64,000 bases of DNA from Piromyces finnis finn (GCA_002104945.1 MCFH01000096.1:1-64000); one strand, 5' to 3'; counted from the stretch's first letter, positions 34,403 through 45,514 are shown. The notes: a model not told the origin generated them from the sequence alone. Program-made: numbers and translations.

Positions 34403-34829
34403 TGTAACGAGAACTAGTGAGAACCACTAGGTTGTTGTAGGAAATAATAATAAATAAAATAAATAAATAAATAAAAACACAAAATTAGATAAACGATATT
34501 ATTTAGGATTTTATACTATTTTATTTATTATTATTCAATGTTAATAATAGCTCAAAGAGCATAAAATAAAAATAATACATGGTCATTTATATTCGTTAAT
34601 TCTAATTCTATAATACATGATTGGATTTTACATTAATATAAAATTTATCTATTCTATAATTATTCATACATTTAATTTAAATATAATTTATCTAACTATT
34701 CATTTAATTAAAATATAAATTATAAAAAGTAAATAATAGGATTCGAACCAGTGACAAAATCCATACTAAACCAAAGCCAGGTACCATTGAGCTATCCTAA
34801 TGGTTATAACGGTACTTGATATCGTTACA
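34403..34829. mobile_element. Solo LTR S1 (427 bp) with 5-bp TSD GTTAG
   Basis: 8-bp TIR TGTAACGA/TCGTTACA; GTTAG at 34398-34402 and 34830-34834; second copy at 44462. Confidence 0.9.
34724..34801 (-). promoter_or_regulatory. tRNA-type Pol III promoter (A-box TAGCTCAATGG, B-box GGTTCGAATCC, T5) inside LTR S1
   Basis: A-box T at 34794 and B-box second G at 34748 are 46 nt apart (45 in a standard tRNA); T5 at 34724-28; no cloverleaf. Function is not demonstrated. Confidence 0.7.
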
Positions 34830-35156
34830 GTTAGGAGTCATCCAGTTTGTACAAGCTCGAGTTTCTCCATCTTCTCATATGCGGACTCACAGTTCATAAT
34901 GTACCTTTTAACAGAGTCGGTACAATTTGTAAAAATGATAATTCCTGCGAGTGCATCATTTGGTTCAAATTTGCTTGGTTCATTGAATGTTTTGTAGTTA
35001 CTCTTGATGTAACCACCAAGCTGTTTGGCCCTTAAGTAGCCTTCAATTGTACAGTACCATATATCAAAGTTGGAACTGCCTTGTAATTTATCCCTTTCGC
35101 TTAATATGAATTCAGGCATTTTATTTATATTTTATAATATTTCTTTGTGAGCCAGT

Positions 35157-35170
35157 TGAGACTTTTAATC
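35157..35170 (-). promoter_or_regulatory. PBS of Copia-2, complementary to the anticodon arm of tRNA-Lys(UUU)
   Basis: GATTAAAAGTCTCA directly after the LTR CA is the reverse complement of TGAGA-CTTTTAA-TC. Confidence 0.7.
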
Positions 35171-35626
35171 TGTTAGAATTTTAGGTTTTTTAATATTTAC
35201 TTTATTATGGTAATTTATTAATATTTCATTACAAAGATTTAATGAACAATTACAAGTTTGTATTTATACTAAAATTTATGGCTTATGCTCTAATACATAC
35301 ATTATCAATACATTACATTATATTAAATACATTTTATTAATGAATAAGGTTTATAATAAAGTTTGAGATTTTCTAACAAATTTAGCTCTTTTCAATGTAT
35401 AAGAAAAAACGCGTTCCTATATACTTGTATTATGATAATAATAAATATTAATAAATAAATAGTTAAAATAAATATAAAACAATAAAAATTAATTATACAA
35501 ATATTTTTTTTATATTGTTTGTGTTATATATAATATCATAACTATTAATATAAAAATAATATAAAATATAATCTTTCAAATAATTATTAGTTAAATTAAC
35601 ATTAACAAAACATTAAGTAAAATTAT

Positions 35627-35698
35627 AGGGGCGTTCCGGATTTGAACCGAAGACCTATTGATCTGCAGTCAATTGCTCTACCGCTGAGCTAACACCCC
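35627..35698 (-). tRNA. tRNA-Cys(GCA)
   Basis: GGGGTGT/ACGCCCC acceptor, ATTGA-CTGCAGA-TCAAT anticodon arm, GGTTCAAATCC; 72 nt. Confidence 0.97.
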
Positions 35699-36407
35699 AT
35701 TCTTATTGTTGTCAAAAAGCGATTTTTTTATTAAAGAAAAGTGTGGTAAGCACACTAGTTATATTGTCAAAATCACAATTCATGAAATTTGACATTTCAT
35801 GAAATTTCATAATTTTGAATTAATAGTTAAATTAATTAAAATATTAATTTAATAATATTTTACTAATAATAGTTTATTTAATATAAATATTAATTGGAAA
35901 GCTATTTATTATCCGGAGATAAATAGAGTGTAACAATTAATTAATATTAAACAAACCAATTAGTAAAATAAGATTCATTTAAATAATTATTAATATTATT
36001 TTTAACAACTTATTAATATCGATATTTAAAGAAAATTATATTATTATTACTATTATATTTTATTAATATTTATATTTATATTATTATACATGTATAACTT
36101 AAATTATATTATTATTATACTTTATTAATATCAACATTATATTAAAAATGAAGTATAAATAAGTTGAACAAAGAACAACTTTAAGAAGTTCTTTGTGAGA
36201 TTATTATACTCATTTTTATATAGTAAATTCAATATTTAAAATTAATAATTATCATTTACTTATATTATAAAAATTAAATAAAATATTTCTTAAAAAACTA
36301 TATTTATTACTCTTTTACTTATAAAAATTTATTATTTACTATATAATTAAGCCTATCCTAACCTAGTAGACTTAATTATAATTCTAAATCCACTCTAACT
36401 CTTGACA

Positions 36408-36417
36408 ATAATCTCAC
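36408..36417 (+). promoter_or_regulatory. Self-priming-type PBS of Gypsy B
   Basis: ATAATCTCAC (plus the terminal A of the LTR) is the reverse complement of GTGAGATTATT at 36195-36205 inside the LTR. Confidence 0.75.
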
Positions 36418-36441
36418 CTTAACTTTGGTTACTACCTTAGG

Positions 36442-37542
36442 ATGGCAGAACAAAACTTTGCTAGCTCTTGGCAAACTATGGATGAAGTTAATCAACTCCG
36501 CGAAGATGCTAAAACTACTGCTGTAGACATTATGAACAGCGTTCAAGAAAACTTTGCTACTATTAGTCAAGTTAAAGACTTTGAAAAACATATTGAATCT
36601 CAGTTTCAAGAAATTAAAAGAAATACTGCTAATTTCGCACAAGTTTTGGAATCGGTCTCTAACAATATCAACACCATTCAAGAGTATTTAAATAAGAATG
36701 GAAAACCAAGTGGTGGTCAGCCAGACCTAACCCCTTCAGTTGCCCCATCTACATCTACAAAATATGATTTGGATTTTGATGTAATAATGAGATCAAAATA
36801 TTCCACTCCAATAAATCAAGTTCCAGACCCAGGTCTTTTTTCTGGTGATCCTCATGAAACTGAACTATTCTGTCAAATTTGTGAAGATACTTTTAGCACC
36901 TATCCTAATAAACATATGATGGAAGAAGCCAAAATTAATTTTGTTAAAACAAGATTAAGAGGAATTGCTAGAACTTGGTATTTAACAAGATACAGTGGAA
37001 ATACCCATCCCTCTACTATGTTCGAATTATTAGGAGAATTAAAAAACGCTTTTCCAAATGTTTCAAGCCGTAAATTAGCTAAGATCAAGCTAAGTAAATT
37101 GAAACAAACATATGGAAAAATTAATGAATATATGGAAGAATTTAGATCATATATTCAATATTTTAACTGGGATCAAGAGGCTGTTACTCTTATGTTTTAT
37201 ACTGGTCTTCATCCTAAGTATCAAGAAGATATTGAAAGATTAGATGACTTTCCTACTACTCTCGAAGCTATTTTCACAAGATGTATTTTATTTGAACAAA
37301 ACAATGTTTCAAATAAAAAGTTAAACCAAATTAATAATAAAAGCCATGGAAGAAAAAATTCATTTTATAATAACAATAACAATAATTATAATAATAATAG
37401 AAACAATTATCAAAAATATCACAATAATAATAATAACAATAATAATTTAAAATCTAATTATTCAACTAATAATAATGGTGGTAATAATAATAATAATTAT
37501 TCCACTACAAAAACCCAAAAAATTTCTTCAAAAAATTTTTAA
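36442..37542 (+). CDS. gag: gag of Gypsy B
   Basis: Clear paralogue of the A gag (FDLDHDVIMR / YDLDFDVIMR; QVPDPG); no zinc knuckle. Confidence 0.92.
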   Translation: MAEQNFASSWQTMDEVNQLREDAKTTAVDIMNSVQENFATISQVKDFEKHIESQFQEIKRNTANFAQVLESVSNNINTIQEYLNKNGKPSGGQPDLTPSVAPSTSTKYDLDFDVIMRSKYSTPINQVPDPGLFSGDPHETELFCQICEDTFSTYPNKHMMEEAKINFVKTRLRGIARTWYLTRYSGNTHPSTMFELLGELKNAFPNVSSRKLAKIKLSKLKQTYGKINEYMEEFRSYIQYFNWDQEAVTLMFYTGLHPKYQEDIERLDDFPTTLEAIFTRCILFEQNNVSNKKLNQINNKSHGRKNSFYNNNNNNYNNNRNNYQKYHNNNNNNNNLKSNYSTNNNGGNNNNNYSTTKTQKISSKNF

Positions 37543-37577
37543 ACAATGAACACCATAAGACGTCAATGGATGTTCAT
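37530..37577 (+). promoter_or_regulatory. -1 frameshift signal of Gypsy B
   Basis: Overlapping A AAA AAT / A AAT TTT before the stop; -1 frame open; stem ATGAACA-CCAT / ATGG-A-TGTTCAT at 37546-37577. Confidence 0.8.
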
Positions 37578-40500
37578 AATACACCAAAAATTATTTATTA
37601 TAATTTCCCATCTCTAGAGAACAAAGAAAATCCCAATTTAAATTCATTTCTAACCTTTAATTCATATATTCCTAAAGAATTTCTAAATAACAACTCTAAT
37701 TTTATTACCAATTCTCCAATAACCTGTAATTCAATACTTGATTCAGGTTCCTCATGTAACTTTATTTCTACCATATTTGTAGAAAAATATAATTTAATTA
37801 AAAGAAAATTAAAAAACAAATTGATTATAAAAGGTATTAGTGGGTTTACTACTGATATCAATAATTATGTTTATTTAAAATTTCAATTAAAAATTTTTAT
37901 CAAAAATAAATTTTATTTTATATCTTTTAAAGAAAAATTCTTAGTTTCAGAACATATTCCTATGGATTTATTATTTGGAAATAAATTCATGAAGAAATTT
38001 AAGATTCATTTTAATTATAAAAATAATCATTTATATTGTAATAATTTTAAACACTTCAATAATAAGAATTTAAAAATTTTTTCAAAAAATTTAAAAATTT
38101 CTCATTCTAAAAAAGATTTTAATAATTCATTTTCCGATAATACTAATAATAATTCTACTAATTTCTCTCATAAATCTAATCGTCAAGTTAAAGATAATAA
38201 TTCTACGTCTTTTAATAAGAGTGATATCAATTATTTTATCCATTCATTTTTATCTGAAAATGTCGAAAATTTTGAAGATGATGAAGAAAATGACCTAACC
38301 CTTATCATGGATGATATCCCTAATGAATATAAAGATCTTGCTGTTGTTTTCAGCAAATCAAAAGCTGATAAGTTACCTCCACACCGTTTAACTGATTGTA
38401 AAATAGTCCTAGAAAATGACGCCACTTTACATTATGGACCTATCTATCCTTTATCAAGACAAGAGGAAGAAGCCTTACAAGAATATATTAATGAAAATCT
38501 TAAAAAAGGTTTTATTAGGCCCTCTGAATCTCCTGCAGGTTACCCTGTTGTTTTCCAGAAGAAAAAAGATGGCTCATTAAGGGTCTGTATTGATTACAAA
38601 AAGTTGAACGCTGTAACAGTAAGAAATTCGTACCCTTTACCTTTAATTTCAGATATCATTGAAAGGGTTAGGGGTTCAAAAATTTTCACTAAATTGGACT
38701 TGAGATCAGCTTATAATTTGATAAGAATAAAAGAAGGTGATGAATATAAGACTGCTTTTAGAACAAAGTTTGGTCATTACGAATATTCAGTAATGCCATA
38801 TGGATTAAAAAATGCTCCAGCAATATTTCAATCATTCATAAATTCAATATTACGCGAATATTTGGATAAATTTGTTATTTTATACATGGATGATATTTTA
38901 ATTTTCTCAGAAAATCTCAACGATCATATCAACCATGTAAGATCTGTTTTAGATAAATTAATACAAAACAACTTATATGCAAAATTTGAAAAATGTGAAT
39001 TTCATAAAAATGAAGTTGAATTCTTAGGTTTCACTATTTCAGGTAATGGTATCTCTACTGATCCAAAGAAGATCGAAGCTATTAAAGAATGGCCTAGACC
39101 AAAATGTGTTAAAGATGTTCAACGCTTTCTTGGTCTTTGTAATTATTATAGAAGGTTTGTTAATAATTTTGCCAAAATCGCCAAACCTTTACATAATTTA
39201 ACTAGGAAAAATGTTAAGTTTCATTGGAATAAGATATGTGATGATGCTTTCGTAAATTTACAAAATAAATTAATTACCTCTCCCGTTTTAGTTTTTCCTG
39301 ACACTAATAGGCCGTTTATAGTAGAATGTGATGCCAGCAATTTCGCAATAGGTTCCGTTTTATCTCAATATGATGATGATAAAAAACTACATCCTGTTGC
39401 TTATTTTTCCAGAAGTTTAAATGATACAGAAAGGAACTATTCTATTACAGATAAAGAACTTCTTTCTATTAAATCTGCTTTTTCGGCTTGGCGACATCTA
39501 CTTTTAGGTGCTAAATTTAAAGTAAAGGTTTATACAGACCACCGCAATTTACTTTATACTTTAGGTGGAAAAATTCAAAATCAACGTCAACATCGTTGGC
39601 ATCTCTTCTTTCAAGAATATGATTTTGAATTAATTTATCGCCAAGGAAGAAAAAATGGTAAGCCAGATAGTCTCTCTAGAAGACCTGATTATAATTCTGG
39701 TAATGAACAAATAAAACCTGAGCATATTTTAGATATAAAAAATGTTAAAAACATTCCATGTTTTGTGGGAATTCTTAGTGACTTTATTGATAAAGTTATC
39801 GAATATACAAAAAAGATAATACTGCAAACGATATTAGATTATATTTTGCACCAAATAATGCTAATCAAGGTTATTTTTATAGACCTTTTAGAAAAATGAA
39901 TAAATTCAAGATTCAAAATAATATGATTCTTTATAATAATTTAATATATATTCCTGAAGCTTTAAGATTAGAAGTACTTATGCGATACCATGAAAATCCT
40001 GCTGCTGGTCATTTGGGTATTAAAAGAACTGAAGAATTAATTACTAGAAACTATTGGTGGCCAAAAATTCATAAAGATGTAACTGAATTTGTTAATTCTT
40101 GTGAAACTTGTACTAGAAACAAATTCAATAAACACAAAAAATATGGTCCTTTACAACCTTTAGAAACTCCTGATAGACCATGGCGTTCTGTTGAAATTGA
40201 CTTTTTATGTGGTTTACCTGATTCTAAAGGATATACTGTTCTAATGGTTACTGTAGATAGATTTTCAAAAATGATTCATTTAGTTCCTTTTAAGAAAATA
40301 CCTGATGCTAAACAAACAGCTACAGCTTTTATTAAAAATATATTCAAACTTCATGGATTACCTTCTGATATTTATACTGATCGCGGTTCTCAATTTACTA
40401 GTGATCTTTGGAATAGTTTAATGGAAGAACTTAAAGTTAAAACTAAAATTGCTACCACTGATCATCATGAAACGGTCGGGCAAGTTGAAAGATGTAACTC

Positions 40501-41245
40501 TTTTATTGAACAATATCTCCGCTGTTATTCAAAGTCCTATTATCATGATGATTGGGTTGAATGGATTCACTTAGCCGAATTTGTTTATAACAATTCTATT
40601 AATGAGTCTACCAAACAAAGTCCTTTCTTTATTAACTATGGATTCCACCCTCCTGTTGATGATGTTTTCCTTTATGACAAATCCTATACTAATAATAATT
40701 TTATTAGAAATGTTTGTGATAATTTTAATTATGTTAAAGAAGTTTTATTTAGAGCCAAGGATTTATATAAAAAACATGCCGATAAGAAAAGGATGTCACC
40801 TCCTATATTTAAAGTTGGCGATAAAGTTTGGATTCAAGCTCCTCCATCCTTTTCTACGGAAGAAACTCCAAAACTTTCTCCTTGTAAATATGGACCCTAT
40901 AAAGTTTTATATGTTTTGGAAAATAACAATTATAAAATAGATATACACAACTCTCCTTTCCCAAAACATCATCCAATCTTCCATATTTCGGAACTTGAAC
41001 CTTTTATTCCTACCCCTTCAAGATTTTTATCAAGATCAAAGGATCCCGAATCAATTAAAGACATCATTGAGATTGCGGGATTTCGAACTAATTATAAACT
41101 TAAACGGTATGAATACAAAATTAGATACAAATACCGTTCTCAATATAATTGGGTTCCTTCTAGTGAAGTTGAAGATAACCCAAGAAACCAAAATATCTTC
41201 TTATTATATTTAAAGAACAATAGGAAGCCTATTGATATCGCTTAT

Positions 41246-41251
<6 letters not shown>
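37566..41251 (+). CDS. pol: pol of Gypsy B (PR-RT-RH-IN-chromodomain-like), split by one 1-bp deletion at 39809-39814
   Basis: ILDSGS, YMDDIL, ECDASN, IEIDF-type IN motif, TDRGSQF, KYGPYK, C-terminal YEYKIRYK...NWVPSSEV. Adding one A to the A6 run restores alignment to A. Confidence 0.92.
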
Positions 41252-41288
<37 letters not shown>

Positions 41289-42686
41289 AGAGAAAGAGAG
41301 AGAGAATGAAAAAAAAAATGAGAAAACTATTATAATACAAAATTACTTCAATTTAACCCATCACAGATTTAAAAATTGAAATTTCAAAAATTTTTATATT
41401 CACTATTTTTTAATTATAAAATTTATTTTTCAGCTTATTATTATTAATATTTTTAATATCAAATTTTAAAAATTTCAAAAAACATAAAAAACCCTTTAAA
41501 ATCAAAATTTAAAATTTCAAAAAATTCAAAATTTCAATTATGACAGTTGTACAACATAAAAAATTTCAAAAACACATTTTTTATACAATACATATATGTA
41601 TTTCATAACAAAATTTCATTTTTACCAATTTTTGACAACTTTTGAAATTTCGCGAAATGGCCATTTAAAATTCATTCCTCCATCCTCATGTGACCATTTC
41701 GAAATTTCAAAAATTTTGAAAATATTAAAATTTCAATATTTTAAATTCAATATAAGATATTCTACTATCAAAAAATTGTCTAGTATCCAATTTTAGTGGA
41801 AGGGCGTTGTCAAAATCACAATTCATGAAATTTGACATTTCATGAAATTTCATAATTTTGAATTAATAGTTAAATTAATTAAAATATTAATTTAATAATA
41901 TTTTACTAATAATAGTTTATTTAATATAAATATTAATTGGAAAGCTATTTATTATCCGGAGATAAATAGAGTGTAACAATTAATTAATATTAAACAAACC
42001 AATTAGTAAAATAAGATTCATTTAAATAATTATTAATATTATTTTTAACAACTTATTAATATCGATATTTAAAGAAAATTATATTATTATTACTATTATA
42101 TTTTATTAATATTTATATTTATATTATTATACATGTATAATTTAAATTATATTATTATTATACTTTATTAATATCAACATTATATTAAAAATGAAGTATA
42201 AATAAGTTGAACAAAGAACAACTTTAAGAAGTTCTTTGTGAGATTATTATACTCATTTTTATATAGTAAATTCAATATTTAAAATTAATAATTATCATTT
42301 ACTTATATTATAAAAATTAAATAAAATATTTCTTAAAAAACTATATTTATTACTCTTTTACTTATAAAAATTTATTATTTACTATATAATTAAGCCTATC
42401 CTAACCTAGTAGACTTAATTATAATTCTAAATCCACTCTAACTCTTGACATATATTAATTAATAAATATAATACGCTTTCCTATTGAAGGCGTAAAGCTA
42501 ATAATATTTATATAAAGAAATTTAAATAATATTTTTATTTTAGCAATAACTTAATATCAGCATATATTAAGTTATTAAAAATATTAAAATTTTTAAAGTT
42601 TTAGGTTTTATAGGAGTTTATAAATTTTATTAACTTTAAGTTAAAAAAATTACTAACGCTAAAGCTTCGTAATTTTTGTCAATTTT

Positions 42687-43520
42687 TGTTCTTTTTATAC
42701 ATGAACAATTTTAATTATTACATTTTTTAATTTTAATTAATTATTATCTAATTATAAAATATTTAATTTTTATAAATTAATAATTAATATAATTATTGTA
42801 AATAGTTAATAAATTTAAATTAAAATTTTTAATAATAAAATTTTAATAATTTTAAAAAATTTAATAATTTCAAATATTAGAAATTTTATACTTTGAAATT
42901 TTTTAATAAAATTTTAAAAAATAAATTTTTTCAAATTTTCAAATTTTCAAATTTTAAAAAAATTTTTAATTTTTTCCATGTGTCCAAATTTTTTAAATTT
43001 TTATATATGTTATTGTGACATAATTTTATAAAAGGTGTTTTTATAATATTAGTTAATAAGTTATATAAGTTAGTTAATTAAGTTAGTTATTACCTCTCTA
43101 TACGAGTTAATAACTAAATAAAGTTTTATAAAAAATAATAAAAGAAAGAAAATAAATATTATAACACGAATAAATACAAGTATATATAAATATTATTATG
43201 AAATAAATTTACTTAAATAATTAATTTTAATTATATCTTTTATTTATTTAGTATAATTATAATACATTAATTATTATTATAGTTACTAATTTACTTTAAT
43301 ACTAACGCTAAAGTATTTAACGTTAGTTTTAACTATACTATTTAACTATATTAGTTTATTTTCTTTACCACTTGATTGGGTGAAGCAAATAAACTTCCTA
43401 TTTAATTAATAACCATTAATATATGGTTATACATATATCTGGCCAATAAATGGTGACCAGAATATATGGTTTCAATTGAAATATTTGTGGGCAAACTTAT
43501 GGCCACAAATATTTCTTACA
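42687..43520 (-). mobile_element. Solo LTR of the F family (left end tentative)
   Basis: 42970-43520 matches 55614-55664 + 61677-62171; starts TGTAAGAAAT on minus; ATTTT at 42682-86 and 43521-25 is a candidate TSD. Confidence 0.6.
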
Positions 43521-43525
43521 ATTTT

Positions 43526-43579
43526 TGTCAAAAAGCGATTTTTTATTAAAGAAAAGTGTGGTAAGCACACTAGTTATAT
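43526..43579. repeat. Second copy of the G-element start (G2)
   Basis: Near-identical to 35710-35764 (one T-run indel). Confidence 0.85.
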
Positions 43580-44461
43580 TGTTAATAATAGAAGACGATT
43601 AAAAAATAAATTAAATATTCAAATAAACAATTTAAAAATCAAATTTATATTTCAAAAATTATAAAACACTTTTTGTCAGGGATAAATTTAATTTACACTT
43701 AAATTTATTTATAAAACTATTTGGTTTTTTATAATCTTTTATTTTTTTATATTTATTTTATAATATAAATATTGTAACTTTCTTAAATCTTTTTTTAAAA
43801 ATAACCAAAGAATAAAAAAATGTAGTACAATATTAATTTATAATTTTGTAAAATACAAATACATAAAAAATACATAAAATATTATTTTTGGAATGTATTT
43901 TATTTTCACACTCCCCCAAAGTTATAAATTCATTATTTGTATTTATATAATAAACTGTCTCTAAATATTTTCATCTTATTTTTATTCAAGTATTTAGTAA
44001 AACCATCTGCTAAATTTTCTTCTGATTTTATATATTCTAAACTGATTTTATTTTCTTTAATTAATTCTCTTACTTTATGATACTTAATATCAATATGTTC
44101 TGATTTTAGATTAATTGTTTCATTATTTACGTTATAAATAGTTGCTTGATTACCAATATTGATCTTTAAACATTCTTCCTTTATTTTCAATTCACTAAAG
44201 ATATTTTTATACCACAAAGCTTGCTTTGAGCATTCACAAAACCCATAATATTCTGCTTCGGCGGTTGAAGTTGATACACATTTTTGCAGTTTTGAGTACC
44301 AGCTTGTTGGTCCATTTCCTAATAAAAATACAAATCCAGTGGTAGACTTTCTTGTTTCCTCATCTCCCCCATAATCTGAATCTACAAAAATCTTCAAATT
44401 TAAGTTTCTTTCAAAACGGATTCCGTAATAAGGATTTTCTTTCAGATATTTGAATATCTGT
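43580..44461 (-). mobile_element. 3' fragment of Ty1/Copia element 3 (RT end/RNase H, PPT, 3' LTR ~43580-43910)
   Basis: FVDSDYGGD, STAEAEY, EHIDIKYH in 43933..~44460; PPT GGGGGAG at 43911-17. The LTR distal end is tentative. Confidence 0.75.
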
Positions 44462-44804
44462 TGTAACGAGGAACTAGTGATAACCACTAGGTTGTTGTAG
44501 GAATTAATAATAAATAAAATAAATAAATAAAAACACAGAATTAAATAAATATTATTATTTGGATTTTATATTATTTTATTTATTATTATTGAATGTTAAT
44601 AATAGCTCAAAGAGCATAAAATAAAAAATAATTCATGGTTTTTATATTCAATATATCTATTCTAAATTACATGATTGGTTATTACATAAAAATATAACAA
44701 TATTAATTTTATAAAAAGGAAACAGTCAGATTCGAACCAATGACAAAATCCATATCAGACTACGACCAGTACCATTGAACTATCAAAGCCGTTATAACGA
44801 TACT
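44462..44804. mobile_element. LTR S2 (diverged copy of S1), interrupted 13 bp from its end
   Basis: Starts TGTAACGAG; aligns to S1 up to ...ATAACG(G/A)TACT. A-box TAGTTCAATGG (T at 44782) and B-box GGTTCGAATC (second G at 44737) on minus, 45 nt apart, then T5. Confidence 0.88.
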
Positions 44805-45510
44805 TGTTAAGGAACCAACAAATAATGTTATTCTTGTCATAATTAATGATTATGACCTAATCCATTATTGTTCCTAAATGTATGAAAACTTTACAATATT
44901 CTTATTTGTAAATTAATGTATACACTTAAATTATATTTAAAATTATTAATAATTATTTTTATTGAACTTAAATTTTATTTTATTAAACTTAAAAATTAAT
45001 TTAGTAATAATAATATATTGAAAATTATAGTTTATTGAACTTTTAGTTTAATTTATCAAGTTAATGAATTTTTATTAATTAAAATTATGAATAATATTTC
45101 TGTAAAATAGTAAAATTCTTTAGTTAAATATATTTAAAGTAAACTTTTAATGTATGTTAATCAATTTAATAATATGTATAAATATTTATTATAATAGTAA
45201 TGTAATTTTATTATTCATTTAAAAGTAATTTAAATACTAAAATTAATGTAAATAATTAAAGACTAATTCTTTTAATTAACACTACTTAATTTTTTACAAA
45301 AAGTATAAAAAGGTGTATATTATAAGAATTAGAGAATAGACAGATATTTTTATTTTTATTTTTATTTTATTTTATAATTTTATATTAATATCTTAATAAA
45401 ACAATTTTATTAATAAAACAATTTTTCTTATTTCATTTTAATATTATTTTTGAGTATTAATAAATTTATTAATATTTTATAAATAAAAGTAAATTCCTCG
45501 AACCGTAACA
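44805..45510 (+). mobile_element. Solo LTR C' (706 bp; C-related) with 4-bp TSD TACT
   Basis: TGTTAAGGAA...GAACCGTAACA termini like C; TACT at 44801-04 and 45511-14. Confidence 0.85.
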
Positions 45511-45514
45511 TACT

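Larger units (their letters stand above)
33600..35119 (-). pseudogene. gag: Copia-2 gag, frameshifted and interrupted by solo LTR S1
   Basis: N-part 34838..35119 (KLQGSSNFDIW); C-part 33834..34402 with CVICDIPGHLAKDC. Confidence 0.85.
29873..35378 (-). mobile_element. Degenerate Ty1/Copia element 2
   Basis: LTRs 29873-30088 (terminal base mutated, 8-bp duplication) and 35171-35378; TIR TGTTAGAA/TTCTAACA; PPT GAGGGGGAA; TSD AATTA/AATTT. Confidence 0.9.
29821..35560 (+). repeat. Old forward Copia-1-family LTR split by Copia-2 (29821-29872 + 35379-~35560)
   Basis: The rejoined TTTTTACTATAATTAA-AATT(A/T)-AGCTCTTTTC aligns to Copia-1 LTR TTTTTACTATTATTAA-AATGT-AGTTCTTTTC. Confidence 0.7.
35765..42450 (+). 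mobile_element. Full-length Ty3/Gypsy (chromovirus-like) element B
   Basis: 643-bp LTRs 35765-36407 and 41808-42450 (one substitution seen), TIR TGTCAA/TTGACA, 5-bp TSD TATAT, PPT GTGGAAGGGCGT. Confidence 0.95.
35710..42681. mobile_element. Putative ~280-bp solo LTR G1 (35710-35764 + 42456-42681), split by Gypsy B
   Basis: Starts TGTCAAAAA and ends TTTTTGTCA (8/9 inverted match); its first 55 bp recur at 43526; flanks ATTGT/ATTTT. The right end is tentative. Confidence 0.5.

Noticed and set aside
34724-34801. The S A/B-box region as a functional tRNA gene (also 44710-44790)
   Set aside because: No acceptor, D or T stem pairing and no definable anticodon arm in either copy.
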